A stretch of DNA of 64,000 nucleotides from Fidelibacterota bacterium. Lineage in GTDB: Bacteria > Fidelibacterota > Marinisomatia > Marinisomatales > Marinisomataceae. The translations under genes were made by a program, and so were the position numbers. The stretch spans positions 416,001 to 480,000 of the forward strand of contig OZ243041.1 in NCBI GenBank assembly GCA_965212055.1, written 5' to 3'. The notes under the pieces are model-generated. The model searched no databases. It saw only the letters and a list, made by a program, of their open reading frames with translations, and was not told where the DNA came from. The first letter of the stretch is position 1. Every line of letters begins with the position of its first letter. Below, piece by piece: positions 20,463 through 31,995 of this stretch.

Positions 20463-20989
20463 ATTGGTATAGTTTAAGAGTGATGTCAGGGAAAGAAGAA
20501 AAAATAAAATCTTCTATTTTTCGCGAGCTTGAGTATGAACCTGATATAGCAAAAAATATTGATGATGTACTTATTCCAACAGAGAATGTTGTAGATATCA
20601 AAAATGGAAAAAAACGTGTTAAGAAAAAAGTATTTTTTCCTGGATATATCTTGTTAAAAATGGAAATGAATAATGAAACAAAATTTTTTATCGAAAGCGT
20701 TGATGGTGTTATGAGTTTTGTTGGACCTAAAGATAGTCCTCAATCTTTAAATGATAACGAAATTAAAAGAATTGTTGGATCTATTGATGGTGATGATACA
20801 GCTGTACACGATATTGAGATTCCATTTAAGGTTGGAGATTCTGTAAAGGTTATTGATGGTCCTTTTAAAGATTTTGATGGCTTAGTACAGGAGATTAATG
20901 ATAGAAATAGAATTAAAGTTAACGTTAATATTTTTGGTCGTCCAACACCGATTGAATTAAGTTTTAACCAAATAATTATTGATAATTAA
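20459..20989 (+). CDS. nusG: Transcription factor NusG
   Basis: [39 protein letters not shown]. Confidence 0.96.
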   Translation: MNWYSLRVMSGKEEKIKSSIFRELEYEPDIAKNIDDVLIPTENVVDIKNGKKRVKKKVFFPGYILLKMEMNNETKFFIESVDGVMSFVGPKDSPQSLNDNEIKRIVGSIDGDDTAVHDIEIPFKVGDSVKVIDGPFKDFDGLVQEINDRNRIKVNVNIFGRPTPIELSFNQIIIDN

Positions 20990-20990
20990 T

Positions 20991-21419
20991 ATGGCAACAA
21001 AAGAAATAAACGGATTAATTAAATTACAGATTCCAGCTGGACAAGCGAATCCAGCCCCTCCCGTAGGACCTGCCCTTGGTCAACATGGAGTTAACATTAT
21101 GGATTTCTGTAATGCTTTTAATGAGAAAACTAGGGAATTACAAGGAGTATTAACTCCTGTAGTGATAACAGTTTATAAAGATAGGTCATTTACATTTGAA
21201 ACTAAATCACCACCTGCTTCTACACTAATAATGAAAGAATTAAAATTAAAAAAAGGTTCTGAAGAACCAAATAGGGATAAAGTTTCTACAATTACTATTG
21301 CCCAGTGCAAAAAGATTGCAGAAATGAAGATGAAAGATTTGAATGCTCATAATCTAGATCATGCAGCTGAAATGATTGCTGGGACTGCGGTTAGTATGGG
21401 GATTGAGATAGAAAGATGA
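20991..21419 (+). CDS. rplK: 50S ribosomal protein L11
   Basis: [22 protein letters not shown]. Confidence 0.97.
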   Translation: MATKEINGLIKLQIPAGQANPAPPVGPALGQHGVNIMDFCNAFNEKTRELQGVLTPVVITVYKDRSFTFETKSPPASTLIMKELKLKKGSEEPNRDKVSTITIAQCKKIAEMKMKDLNAHNLDHAAEMIAGTAVSMGIEIER

Positions 21420-22096
21420 AGAAAACAAAATTTTCAAAATTGGTAAATGAGAAAATAGATTCATCAAAGACATATACAATTGATGAAGCACTATCCATGC
21501 TAATGGAATTCAAAAGAGCGTCTTTTGCTGAATCTGTTGATGTTTCATATAATTTGGGAGTTGATCCTAGACATGCTGATGAAAATATTAGATTAAATCT
21601 AATGTTACCTCATGGAGTAGGTAAAAAAGTAGTTGTTTTAGCTTTAGTGAATGCAGATAAAGAAAAAGAAGCAAAAGATGCAGGAGCAGATCTTGTCGGT
21701 AACAAAGAATATCTCGAAAAAATAAAAAGTGGATGGACAGATGTAGATAAAATAGTCGTTACTCCAGATTTAATGAGTGAGATAGGGAAGTTAGGTAAAG
21801 TGTTAGGACCTAAAGGTTTAATGCCTAACCCAAAATCTGGTACTGTGACCAATGATATCGAAAAATCAGTTAAAGAATTAAAGGCAGGAAAAATTGATGC
21901 TAGAGTAGAAAAAAATGGCATTCTCCAATCATCTATTGGTAAGACTTCATTTTCTGAAAATGATTTAAAAGAAAATTTTAAAGTTCTTCATGGTGCGGTG
22001 ATGAGTGCAAAACCTAATTCTTTTAAAGGGACTTTCCTGAATTCAATTAGTATATCTTCTACATTGGGACCAGGAATTAAGTTAGGGGTTGAATAA
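21416..22096 (+). CDS. rplA: 50S ribosomal protein L1
   Basis: [30 protein letters not shown]. Confidence 0.97.
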   Translation: MKKTKFSKLVNEKIDSSKTYTIDEALSMLMEFKRASFAESVDVSYNLGVDPRHADENIRLNLMLPHGVGKKVVVLALVNADKEKEAKDAGADLVGNKEYLEKIKSGWTDVDKIVVTPDLMSEIGKLGKVLGPKGLMPNPKSGTVTNDIEKSVKELKAGKIDARVEKNGILQSSIGKTSFSENDLKENFKVLHGAVMSAKPNSFKGTFLNSISISSTLGPGIKLGVE

Positions 22097-22098
22097 TT

Positions 22099-22617
22099 AT
22101 GCCAAGTGTAAAAAATATTAATTCAGTAAAAGAGTTGAGTGTAAAACTTGATAAAGCTAAGGCAATATATTTTACTGATTATTTGGGGTTAGATGTTGTG
22201 AGCGTCACAAAACTAAGAAAGAATTTTGTAGAAAAAGATGTTGAATTTACCGTTGCAAAGAACACTCTAATTAAATTAGCTGCGAAAGAAGTAGGAATTT
22301 CTGGTGTTGATGAATTTTTAGAAGGTCCTACTGCAATAGCATTTGGTTATGAAGATCCAACATCTCCTGCAAGGGTAATTAAAGAATTTTTAAAAGATTT
22401 TGATAAGCCTTCGGTTAAAGGCATGATATTTGACGGTGAGATATTTACTTCAGATCAATTTGATAAGATAGCTAATCTTCCATCTAAAGAACAGCTTCTA
22501 TCAAAATTAGTCGGAATGTTTAATTCTCCAATGTCAAAATTGAGCAGCACCTTAAATGGTTCTGTTTCGGGCTTATTGGGTAGACTTACACAATTAAATT
22601 CAAAGAAAGGTAATTAA
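22099..22617 (+). CDS. rplJ: 50S ribosomal protein L10
   Basis: DYLGL, VAKNTL, GPTAIAF, LPSKEQL. Confidence 0.96.
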   Translation: MPSVKNINSVKELSVKLDKAKAIYFTDYLGLDVVSVTKLRKNFVEKDVEFTVAKNTLIKLAAKEVGISGVDEFLEGPTAIAFGYEDPTSPARVIKEFLKDFDKPSVKGMIFDGEIFTSDQFDKIANLPSKEQLLSKLVGMFNSPMSKLSSTLNGSVSGLLGRLTQLNSKKGN

Positions 22618-22619
22618 AA

Positions 22620-23003
22620 ATGAGTGCTAAAAGAGAAGATGTTTTAAAATATCTTGAAGAAGCAAATATGATAGAAATTTCTGAGCTTGTTAAAGATATT
22701 GAAGAAAAATTTGGTGTAACAGCTGCAGTTCCAGTCGCAGCTGCTGCTCCTGGAGCAGCCGCTGGAGATGATGCAGGTGCTGCTGCCGAAAAAAGTACTA
22801 TGGATGTAGTTTTGACAGCCGCTGGACAATCCAAAATTGGAGTAATTAAGGTTGTTAGAGCAATAACTAGTTTAGGACTAAAAGAAGCTAAAGAATTGGT
22901 TGATTCTGCTCCTAAAGCTGTTAAAGAAGGCGCTTCAAAAGAAGAGGCTGAAGATATTAAGTCTCAATTAGAAGAAGCCGGAGCTTCAGTAGAGTTAAAA
23001 TAG
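22620..23003 (+). CDS. rplL: 50S ribosomal protein L7/L12
   Basis: [28 protein letters not shown]. Confidence 0.97.
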   Translation: MSAKREDVLKYLEEANMIEISELVKDIEEKFGVTAAVPVAAAAPGAAAGDDAGAAAEKSTMDVVLTAAGQSKIGVIKVVRAITSLGLKEAKELVDSAPKAVKEGASKEEAEDIKSQLEEAGASVELK

Positions 23004-23040
23004 TTGTTAGTTAATAACTATTAACATTAACCAATTTTTT
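23004..23040 (+). terminator. Weak AU-rich hairpin plus T6, possible rplL-rpoB attenuator
   Basis: GTTAAT-AACT-ATTAAC core stem, flanking TTG/CAA, then TTTTTT just before the rpoB SD. Confidence 0.3.
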
Positions 23041-23054
23041 GGAGGAAAAGCTTT

Positions 23055-26000
23055 TTGGATAAGTCAAATAAGTTAAATAATAGACATAATTTTGAAAAAA
23101 TAAGAACTACTGTAGAATCTCCTGATTTGCTTGATTTGCAAATTGGATCTTTTCATGATTTTCTACAGGAGGGTATTAGTCCAAGTAAAAGAGAATCATT
23201 TGGACTACACGAAGCATTCAAATCTATCTTTCCGCTTCAAGATAATCACGAAAATTATATATTAGAATATAAAAGTTACTCTATTGGTAAACCGAGATAT
23301 TTGCCAAGAGAATGTTCCAATCGTGGTATAACATACAGTGTGCCTCTTAAGGTTAAGCTTAAACTCAAGATTACGGATGAAAATGATAAAAAGAAAATAG
23401 CTGAAGAGATAACTCAAGATGTCTATTTTGGTAATATTCCTTATATGACCAACAAAGGAACATTTATCATTAATGGTGCAGAAAGAACTGTTGTTACTCA
23501 ACTACAAAGATCTCCAGGAGCATTTTTCGATCAAAATTTTCATCCGAATGGAGCAAAGCTTTTCAATGCTAGAATTATACCAATTCGTGGTTCTTGGATA
23601 GATTTTACAACAGATATTAATGATGTTCTTTTTACTATTATTGATAGGAAAAGAAAATTTCCAGCAACATTATTATTAAGATCTCTAGGTTTTAGTACTG
23701 ATGAAGATATCTATAGCGCTCTTGATCTAGTGCTAAGTTTAGATATATCAAAAATTAATCCTGATGATTATTCAAAATATGTAATTGTTAATGATATAAT
23801 CAATAAAACTACAGGAGAGTTATTTGTCGAAAGTGGAAAAGAGATTAATGACTCTATTATTAAGATTTTAACAGATAATAATACTAAGACCATCAAAGTT
23901 GTCAACGTTAAGGATAATATTGATAGTATGATGATAAACAATACTATTAAGAAGGATCCTACTAAATCAACTGAAGAAGCACTCATTAAAGTATATTCCC
24001 TCCTAAGAGGGAGCGATGCACCAAATGCAGAAGCAGCACAGAAATTTATTGATAGAATGTTTTTTCATCCTAAGAAATATGATTTAGGTGAAGTTGGTAG
24101 ATATAGATTAGATAAACAGTTTGATTTAGATAACAAAGGAAAAGAATCTGTACTTACTCATGACGATTTTGTTATAGTTATAAAATATCTTATTCTAATG
24201 AGAAAAGGGTTGAAAAGACCAGATGACATAGATCATTTAGGAAATAGGAGAGTGAGAACTGTTGGAGAACAACTTAAAGTTCAATTTAATTCTGCGTTAG
24301 CTAGAATGGTAAGAACAGTATATGAAAGAATGAATCTTAGAGAGTCAGAGACGATTACGCCACAGGATTTAATTAATTCTAGATTAGTTACCACTGTTAT
24401 TAATACATTTTTTGGTACAAGTCAATTATCTCAGTTTGGAGATCAAACTAATCCTTTAGCAGAGATTACACACAAGAGAAGAATATCTTCACTTGGACCA
24501 GGCGGTCTTTCTAGAGAAAGAGCTGGTTTTGAAGTTAGAGATGTTCACTATACCCATTATGGAAGATTGTGTCCTATCGAAACACCTGAAGGTCCTAATA
24601 TTGGATTAATATCTTCTTTAGCATTGATGGCAAAAATTAATAGCCATGGATTTATCGAAGCGCCCTACAGAATAGTTGAGGATAAAGTTGTCACAAGTAA
24701 GATAAAATATTTATCAGCTGATGATGAAGATAGAGCTAATATTGCACAATCTGGTCTAAATACTAATAAGAATAGCAAAATAACTGATTTAAAACTAAGA
24801 GTGAGATCAAAAGGAGATTTCCCGGTTGTGGATTCACAAAATGTGCAATATACTGATATTGTTCCAAATCAGATTCTTAGTGTTGCAGCTGCTCTTATAC
24901 CTTTTGTAGAGCATGATGATGCTAATAGAGCTCTTATGGGATCTAATATGCAACGCCAATCTGTTCCTTTATTAAAGACAGAATCACCTATTGTGGCTAC
25001 TGGAATGGAAAAGAAAGTTGCTATCGATTCTAAAGCTGTTGTTTTATCTCCAGTGAGTGGGACCGTTGTTTATGTAGATTCAAAAAAGATTGTTATTAGA
25101 GATAATAACTTCCCTAAAGGAACTGTTCTTACAAAAGACGAGAATCTTTGTACCGTTGAACTCCTTAAATATTCAAGATCTAATCAGAATACTTGTTATA
25201 ATCAAAAAGCAATTGTCAAAGAAGGTCAAAAAATTAAGGTTGGTGATGTGATAGCAGATGGAGCTGCAACAAATAATGGAGAATTATCTTTAGGTAAGAA
25301 TATCTTAGTAGCTCTTATGCCTTGGAATGGATATAATTTTGAGGATGCTATCGTTATTAATGAAAGACTTGTCAAAGAAGATATATTTACATCAGTTCAC
25401 GTTAATGAAATTGAATTAGAAGTACGTGATACCAAAAGAGGGGAAGAAGAATTAACGCCTGAAATTCCAAATGTAAGCGAAGAGGCTACTGGCCAATTAG
25501 ATAAAGATGGTTTGATAAGGGTTGGAGCAATTGTTAATGAAGATGATATTTTGATTGGTAAAGTTACGCCTAAAGGTGAGACTGATCCTTCACCTGAAGA
25601 AAAGCTATTGAGAGCGATTTTTGGAGAAAAAGCAGGTGATGTAAAGGATGCATCTAAAAAAGCAGAACCAGGTGTAAAGGGAGTTGTAATTAATACAGAT
25701 TTGTATAAGAAAACTTCTAAGAAATCTAAAGCAAAAGTCAACGAAATGATTAGAGGATTGCAAAAACAAAAAAGAGAAGATGAAAGAACTCTAATGTCTA
25801 GTAGAGACAATGTTGTTAAAGCATTACTGAATAATAAAATTTGTTTGGGTGTAAAAGCTAAGCGAAATAATAAAGTATTAGTGAAGAAAGGTGCCAAGTT
25901 TACATCGAAAAAATTGGATGGATTAAATTTCGGACTTTTCTCACTTAAGAGTCCATGGATTTCTGGAGATAAATCTTGGGAAAAAATTGTGACTGCCTTC

Positions 26001-26816
26001 AGATTATTTAATAAAAATTTAATTAATCTTGATGAAAAACTTGAATCAGATATCTTTAAACTAAAAGAAGGTGATCAATTACAGCCTGGCATTCTTAAGC
26101 TTGCAAAGGTATATGTAGCAAACAAACGCAAGATTTCTATAGGGGATAAAATGGCAGGTAGACACGGTAATAAAGGGGTTGTTGCAACAATTGTTCCTGA
26201 AGAAAATATGCCTTTCCTAGAAGATGGAACTCCAATAGATATTTGTTTAAATCCAATGGGTGTTCCATCAAGAATGAATTTAGGTCAGCTCTATGAAACA
26301 ATGCTTGGATGGGCAGGTCAGATTTTAGGCGAGAAATATGAAACTCCTGTATTCAATGGTGCTACTCCAGATGAAGTTGCAGAAAGAATGAAAAGAGCAG
26401 GTTTACCGTCTTCAGGAAAAGTTACGTTGTATGATGGATTAACTGGAGATAAGATTGATAACCCAGTTCTGGTTGGGCATATGTATATGATGAAACTATT
26501 TCATATGGTTGACGACAAAATGCATGCAAGATCTACTGGACCATATTCACTAGTTACCCAACAACCTTTAGGTGGGAAAGCTCAATTCGGAGGTCAAAGA
26601 TTTGGGGAAATGGAAGTATGGGCTCTCCAGGCATATGGAGCTGCTCATGTATTGAGAGAAATTTTAACGATTAAATCTGATGATATTGAAGGTAGATCAA
26701 AAGTTTATAGCGCTCTTGTGAAAGGAGAAGATTTACCTGAACCAACAAGACCAGAAGCTTTTAATGTATTTATGAAAGAAATACAAGGGCTTGGTTTAGA
26801 TATAGAATTAGATTAA
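23055..26816 (+). CDS. rpoB: RNA polymerase beta subunit (TTG start)
   Basis: GTFIINGAER, CPIETPEGPNIG, GDKMAGRHGNKG, GGQRFGEME; GGAGG SD at 23041. Confidence 0.99.
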   Translation: MDKSNKLNNRHNFEKIRTTVESPDLLDLQIGSFHDFLQEGISPSKRESFGLHEAFKSIFPLQDNHENYILEYKSYSIGKPRYLPRECSNRGITYSVPLKVKLKLKITDENDKKKIAEEITQDVYFGNIPYMTNKGTFIINGAERTVVTQLQRSPGAFFDQNFHPNGAKLFNARIIPIRGSWIDFTTDINDVLFTIIDRKRKFPATLLLRSLGFSTDEDIYSALDLVLSLDISKINPDDYSKYVIVNDIINKTTGELFVESGKEINDSIIKILTDNNTKTIKVVNVKDNIDSMMINNTIKKDPTKSTEEALIKVYSLLRGSDAPNAEAAQKFIDRMFFHPKKYDLGEVGRYRLDKQFDLDNKGKESVLTHDDFVIVIKYLILMRKGLKRPDDIDHLGNRRVRTVGEQLKVQFNSALARMVRTVYERMNLRESETITPQDLINSRLVTTVINTFFGTSQLSQFGDQTNPLAEITHKRRISSLGPGGLSRERAGFEVRDVHYTHYGRLCPIETPEGPNIGLISSLALMAKINSHGFIEAPYRIVEDKVVTSKIKYLSADDEDRANIAQSGLNTNKNSKITDLKLRVRSKGDFPVVDSQNVQYTDIVPNQILSVAAALIPFVEHDDANRALMGSNMQRQSVPLLKTESPIVATGMEKKVAIDSKAVVLSPVSGTVVYVDSKKIVIRDNNFPKGTVLTKDENLCTVELLKYSRSNQNTCYNQKAIVKEGQKIKVGDVIADGAATNNGELSLGKNILVALMPWNGYNFEDAIVINERLVKEDIFTSVHVNEIELEVRDTKRGEEELTPEIPNVSEEATGQLDKDGLIRVGAIVNEDDILIGKVTPKGETDPSPEEKLLRAIFGEKAGDVKDASKKAEPGVKGVVINTDLYKKTSKKSKAKVNEMIRGLQKQKREDERTLMSSRDNVVKALLNNKICLGVKAKRNNKVLVKKGAKFTSKKLDGLNFGLFSLKSPWISGDKSWEKIVTAFRLFNKNLINLDEKLESDIFKLKEGDQLQPGILKLAKVYVANKRKISIGDKMAGRHGNKGVVATIVPEENMPFLEDGTPIDICLNPMGVPSRMNLGQLYETMLGWAGQILGEKYETPVFNGATPDEVAERMKRAGLPSSGKVTLYDGLTGDKIDNPVLVGHMYMMKLFHMVDDKMHARSTGPYSLVTQQPLGGKAQFGGQRFGEMEVWALQAYGAAHVLREILTIKSDDIEGRSKVYSALVKGEDLPEPTRPEAFNVFMKEIQGLGLDIELD

Positions 26817-26829
26817 AGGAAAAAAATAA

Positions 26830-29800
26830 ATGCAAAGAACAAAAAATAGTATTTCATTAAAACTTGCCTCACCAGAGAAAGTTCTTGAAGGTTCCTACGG
26901 TGAAGTTTTAAAACCTGAGACAATTAATTATCGTTCATATAAACCAGAGAAAGATGGTTTATTCTGTGAAAAAATATTTGGTCCAGTAAAAGACTTTGAA
27001 TGTCACTGTGGGAAATATAAAGGAATACGATATAGAGGTATTATTTGTGATAGATGTGGCGTAGAAGTAACTACTAAAAAAGTTCGTAGAAATAGAATGG
27101 GCCATATAACACTAGCTGTTCCCGTAGTACATATCTGGTTCTTAAAGTCTATTCCAAGTAAGCTAAGTTATATATTAGGCAAAAGCGCTAAACAGCTAGA
27201 GAGTGTAGTATATTATGAAAATTATCTTATTATTAATCCTGGAAAAAGTCCTTACAAACGATTTGATTTAATTGATGAGGAAGGATATTTAGAAATGGAA
27301 TCTGAATTTGGTTATGAAGCTGTTTCACAAGCAGAAAAAGAAGAAGAATCATATTTTTATGCATCAATGGGTGGGCAAGGCATAAAAGATGCTTTATCAG
27401 AATTGGATTTATTAGTGTTAAAAAGTGAATTAGAATTAATAAGTAATACAACAAAATCTAAACAAAAGAGGCTAGATGCGCGAAAACGCTTAAAGGTTGT
27501 TAAAGATTTTGCTGAGGATCGTAGTAATAAACCAGAATGGATGATAGTATCAATTTTACCTGTTATGCCTCCTGAGCTAAGACCTCTAGTTCCTCTTGAG
27601 GGAGGGAGATTTGCTGCAAGTGATCTTAATGATTTGTATAGAAGAATTATTATACGAAATAATCGCTTAAAGCAGTTAATGGATATTCAAGCACCTGAGG
27701 TAATTTTGAGAAATGAGAAGAGAATGCTTCAAGAGTCTGTTGATGCACTTTTTGATAATACTAAAAGAAAAACAGCAATAAGAAGTGGTTCAAAACGCCC
27801 ACTTAAGTCAATTTCTGATATGTTAAGAGGTAAACAAGGGAGATTTAGACAAAATCTTCTTGGTAAACGTGTTGATTATTCTGGTAGATCTGTGATTGTT
27901 GTTGGTCCTGAACTAAGCATGACTGAATGTGGTATTCCAAAAAATATGGCTCTAGAACTTTTCAAGCCTCACTTAATTCGTGAACTTACTAGGCGAGATT
28001 TTTCGGCAACACCAAGAAGTGCAAAATTAATGATCGAAAATAAAGAAAAAATTGTTTATGAAATTTTAGAACATGTGGTAAAAGATCATCCAGTTCTTCT
28101 TAATAGAGCTCCAACTCTGCACAGACTTGGGATTATTGCGTTTCAACCTGTTTTAATAGATGGTAAAGCAATTAGAGTTCATCCATTAGTTTGTTCTGCT
28201 TTTAATGCTGATTTTGATGGTGACCAAATGGCTGTACATGTTCCTTTATCAATCAATGCCCAATTAGAAGCTAGAATTTTAATGATGGCAAGTCAGAATA
28301 TTTTACATCCTGCAAGTGGAAGGCCGATTACTCTCCCATCACAAGATATGATTTTAGGTTGTTATTATTTAACAAAAGAAAGAACAAAACAAAAGGGTGA
28401 AGGCAAAATTTTTGGATCGATTGAAGAAGTAAAAATTGCATATGAAAACAAAAAAGTAGATCTACATGCTATTATTAATTTAAGATATGATGGTAAGTGG
28501 TATAAGAATACTACAGTTGGACGTGCAATATTTAATGGTATTATCCCTAGTGAATTAGGTTATTATGATGAGATGATTTCTAAGAAGAAATTGAGCTATA
28601 TTATTGGAGATTCTTTTGTAAAAGCTGGCAATGATAAGACTGTAACACTGTTAGATGATCTTAAACATTTAGGTTTTTCAACTGCTACAAAGAGTGGAAC
28701 CTCAATATCAATTACTGATATTAGTATTCCAGAACTTAAAGATGATATTATCAATAAGGCTGAACTGGAAGTGGAAAAGATTCAAAATAGATTTAATAGA
28801 CACATTTTAACAGAAGGTGAAAGATATAATAAAGTTATTGATATCTGGACAAAAGCTACAAGTGATGTAGCATCTGAAATGATGAAAGGCCTAAAGTCAG
28901 AAGATGAAGGTTTTAATTCAGTATATATGATGGCAGATTCAGGTGCAAGAGGTAGTGGAGACCAAATTAAACAGTTAGCTGGTATGAGAGGTTTAATGGC
29001 TAAGCCAAGAAAATCAATGATTGGTGGTGGAGAAATTATAGAAAGCCCAATTATGTCTAATTTCAAAGAAGGTTTATCTGTTATGGAATACTTTATTTCT
29101 ACTCATGGTGCAAGGAAAGGATTAGCAGATACCGCTCTAAAAACAGCTGATGCAGGGTATTTAACTAGAAGATTAGTTGATGTTGCACAGGACGTAGTAG
29201 TATCTACGGATAATTGTAAGACAATTAATGGTATTACAATCTCAGATCTGAAAGAAGGTGAGGAAATAATTGAGCCTTTATCTGAAAGAATATTGGGAAG
29301 AACTTCTTCTGAAAATATTGTTATTGATGGGAAAAAAATTGTTAAATCTGGTGAAATATTTGATGAAGAAAAAGCTTCAATTATTTCTGAGAATAATATT
29401 TCAACCATTAAAATCAGATCTGTTCTTACTTGTGAAACTAGAAGAGGAGTTTGTGCAAAATGTTATGGTTGGGATTTAACAAGAAGAGAATTAGTTAACA
29501 GAGGTACAGCTGTGGGTATTATTGCAGCTCAGAGTATTGGGGAGCCAGGAACCCAATTAACGCTAAGAACATTCCATATTGGAGGTACAGCAACAAGAAT
29601 TGTTGAGGAATCTGATATGAAATCAAAATATAGCGGTATAGTCCAATTTAATGGTAAATATGAATCAGCTTCTACAGTTGATGAAGATGGTGAAGAAGTT
29701 ACCAGATGTCTATCAAGGAATGGAAAAGTTGCTATTGTTGATTCAAAAGGAAATATTTTAGACGAATATAATATTCCTTATGGTGCAAATGTTAATATTT

Positions 29801-31005
29801 CAGATAAATCAAAAATTAAGAAAAATGATATTTTATTTTCTTGGGATCCATATACAGATCTTATTCTTGCTAGACAATCTGGTTATATTAGCATGAAAGA
29901 TTTTATAGAAGGGGATACATATCATGAAGAAGCTGTTGAAGGCGGAAAGAAACAGAAAGTTGTTACTGAATCTAAAAATAGAAGATTGAGTCCTCAAATT
30001 GAGATTTATAGTAAATCTAAGAAACAAGGAGACTTATTATCAGGAGGAACTATCCTACCTGTCAAAGCAACTTTGGTTGTCAATGATGGTCAGAAAGTTT
30101 CCAAAGGACAGACTTTAGTTAAAATCCAGAAAGATATTGGTAAAACAAGAGATATTACTGGTGGTTTACCTCGAGTAGCAGAATTATTCGAAGCTAGAAA
30201 ACCTGCAAATCCAGCTGTTGTAACAGAAGTTAATGGTACTGTTCAGTTTGGAGAAATGAAAAGAGGAATAAGAAAAATCTCTATTATACCATCAACTGGA
30301 AAAGAGATTGTATATAAAATTCCATACGGAAAACATGTTGTTGTACATGAAGGTGATTTTATTAATGCGGGTACACCTTTATGTGAAGGAGCAATTTCTC
30401 CAGCTGATATTTTAAGTATTTTGGGTCCGAATGCAGTAAGAGAATATTTGGTCAATGAAATTCAAGAAGTATATAGGTTGCAGGGTGTTGGTATAAATGA
30501 TAAACATATAGAAATTATTGTCAACCAGATGATGAAAAAAGTTGTAATCAGTGATAAAGGAGATACAAAATTCCTTCCTGGAGAAAGGTTAGATAAATCT
30601 ATATTGTTTGATACAAATGATAAAATGAAAGGCATGGTAGTCATTGATGAATCTGGAGGTTCAAATTTAGAGATTGGTATAATCATTTCTAGAAATGAGG
30701 CAAAAGACTTAAATAAAGAACTCAAAGACAAAGACAAAGACTTGGTTAAATTCCATAAAGCTAAGCCAGCAACATTTGGGCCAATTCTTATGGGAATAAC
30801 ACAATCTTCACTAAACACGACAAGTTTTATATCTGCAGCTTCCTTTCAAGAAACAACTCGTGTTTTAACTGATGCAGCTACTGCGTCTAAGACAGATTTT
30901 TTACTTGGTCTTAAAGAAAATGTTGCATTAGGGCGATTAATCCCAGCAGGGACCGGTTTTCCTGATCTACAAGATATCAGAGTTGAAATTGAAGACGATA
31001 ACTAG
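26830..31005 (+). CDS. rpoC: RNA polymerase beta' subunit
   Basis: GLFCEKIFGP, NADFDGDQMAVH, EPGTQLTLRTFH, SAASFQET. Confidence 0.99.
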   Translation: MQRTKNSISLKLASPEKVLEGSYGEVLKPETINYRSYKPEKDGLFCEKIFGPVKDFECHCGKYKGIRYRGIICDRCGVEVTTKKVRRNRMGHITLAVPVVHIWFLKSIPSKLSYILGKSAKQLESVVYYENYLIINPGKSPYKRFDLIDEEGYLEMESEFGYEAVSQAEKEEESYFYASMGGQGIKDALSELDLLVLKSELELISNTTKSKQKRLDARKRLKVVKDFAEDRSNKPEWMIVSILPVMPPELRPLVPLEGGRFAASDLNDLYRRIIIRNNRLKQLMDIQAPEVILRNEKRMLQESVDALFDNTKRKTAIRSGSKRPLKSISDMLRGKQGRFRQNLLGKRVDYSGRSVIVVGPELSMTECGIPKNMALELFKPHLIRELTRRDFSATPRSAKLMIENKEKIVYEILEHVVKDHPVLLNRAPTLHRLGIIAFQPVLIDGKAIRVHPLVCSAFNADFDGDQMAVHVPLSINAQLEARILMMASQNILHPASGRPITLPSQDMILGCYYLTKERTKQKGEGKIFGSIEEVKIAYENKKVDLHAIINLRYDGKWYKNTTVGRAIFNGIIPSELGYYDEMISKKKLSYIIGDSFVKAGNDKTVTLLDDLKHLGFSTATKSGTSISITDISIPELKDDIINKAELEVEKIQNRFNRHILTEGERYNKVIDIWTKATSDVASEMMKGLKSEDEGFNSVYMMADSGARGSGDQIKQLAGMRGLMAKPRKSMIGGGEIIESPIMSNFKEGLSVMEYFISTHGARKGLADTALKTADAGYLTRRLVDVAQDVVVSTDNCKTINGITISDLKEGEEIIEPLSERILGRTSSENIVIDGKKIVKSGEIFDEEKASIISENNISTIKIRSVLTCETRRGVCAKCYGWDLTRRELVNRGTAVGIIAAQSIGEPGTQLTLRTFHIGGTATRIVEESDMKSKYSGIVQFNGKYESASTVDEDGEEVTRCLSRNGKVAIVDSKGNILDEYNIPYGANVNISDKSKIKKNDILFSWDPYTDLILARQSGYISMKDFIEGDTYHEEAVEGGKKQKVVTESKNRRLSPQIEIYSKSKKQGDLLSGGTILPVKATLVVNDGQKVSKGQTLVKIQKDIGKTRDITGGLPRVAELFEARKPANPAVVTEVNGTVQFGEMKRGIRKISIIPSTGKEIVYKIPYGKHVVVHEGDFINAGTPLCEGAISPADILSILGPNAVREYLVNEIQEVYRLQGVGINDKHIEIIVNQMMKKVVISDKGDTKFLPGERLDKSILFDTNDKMKGMVVIDESGGSNLEIGIIISRNEAKDLNKELKDKDKDLVKFHKAKPATFGPILMGITQSSLNTTSFISAASFQETTRVLTDAATASKTDFLLGLKENVALGRLIPAGTGFPDLQDIRVEIEDDN

Positions 31006-31078
31006 AATATTATTCTATAATATATTTAGTTAATTTTTGTAAGTAAAATACTTTTCTCCTACGCGTTCAAGAAAAAGT

Positions 31079-31119
31079 TTGATTCTTGCTCGTTATAACG
31101 ATATATTTCGACGTTTTTG
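31079..31119 (+). promoter_or_regulatory. Putative promoter of str-S10-spc-alpha superoperon
   Basis: TTGATT-17 nt-TATATT then TCGACGTTTTTG; spacer holds palindrome TCGTTATAACGA. Confidence 0.65.
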
Positions 31120-31144
31120 TATTTATTGAAGGAAAAAAATAATT

Positions 31145-31519
31145 ATGCCAACAGTAAACCAGTTAATAAGAAAGAGTAGAAAAAGAACTGTTAAAAAAAC
31201 AGCTAGCAGGGCTCTCGAGAATAACCCTCAGAAGAGAGGTGTATGTACTCGTGTTTATACAACTACGCCCAAAAAACCTAATTCTGCTTTAAGGAAAGTT
31301 GCAAGAGTGAGACTAACTAATGGTATTGAAGCGACCGCATATATACCAGGAGAAGGTCATAATCTGCAAGAACACTCAATAGTGTTAATTGAAGGTGGCA
31401 GAGTAAAAGATCTTCCTGGAGTCCGTTACCATATAGTACGTGGTTGTTTAGATACTGCTGGTGTAGATGATAGAAGAACTAGTAGATCGCGCTATGGTGC
31501 AAAAAAACCTAAAAAATAA
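31145..31519 (+). CDS. rpsL: 30S ribosomal protein S12
   Basis: [22 protein letters not shown]. Confidence 0.98.
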   Translation: MPTVNQLIRKSRKRTVKKTASRALENNPQKRGVCTRVYTTTPKKPNSALRKVARVRLTNGIEATAYIPGEGHNLQEHSIVLIEGGRVKDLPGVRYHIVRGCLDTAGVDDRRTSRSRYGAKKPKK

Positions 31520-31521
31520 AG

Positions 31522-31995
31522 ATGAGAAGAAGAAGACCAGAAAAAAGATCTATCAGCCCTGATCCTAAATTTAATGATTTAGAAGTATCTAAGTTTATTA
31601 ATTATTTATTAACCCAGGGTAAAAAAGGAATTGCTGAAAAGATATTCTATAACTCACTAGATATCATTAAAGATAAGACAAAAGAAGATCCTATAGATAT
31701 TTTTAAAAAAGCTTTAAATAATGCTGCACCACATGTAGAAGTAAAATCAAGAAGAATTGGTGGAGCAACTTATCAAGTTCCAATCGAAGTTCCATCTAAT
31801 AGACAGTTTTATCTGTCATCACATTGGATTATTGATAGTGCAAAAAATAAGTCTGGTAGCCCTATGTCAAATCGTTTAGCTAGTGAACTTATTGCAGCAT
31901 CAAAGAATGAAGGGAATGCAATAAAAAAGAAAGAAGATACTCATCGTATGGCTGAGGCAAATAAAGCGTTTGCCCATTTTGGTAGGGGAAGGTAA
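31522..31995 (+). CDS. rpsG: 30S ribosomal protein S7
   Basis: [27 protein letters not shown]. Confidence 0.98.
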   Translation: MRRRRPEKRSISPDPKFNDLEVSKFINYLLTQGKKGIAEKIFYNSLDIIKDKTKEDPIDIFKKALNNAAPHVEVKSRRIGGATYQVPIEVPSNRQFYLSSHWIIDSAKNKSGSPMSNRLASELIAASKNEGNAIKKKEDTHRMAEANKAFAHFGRGR

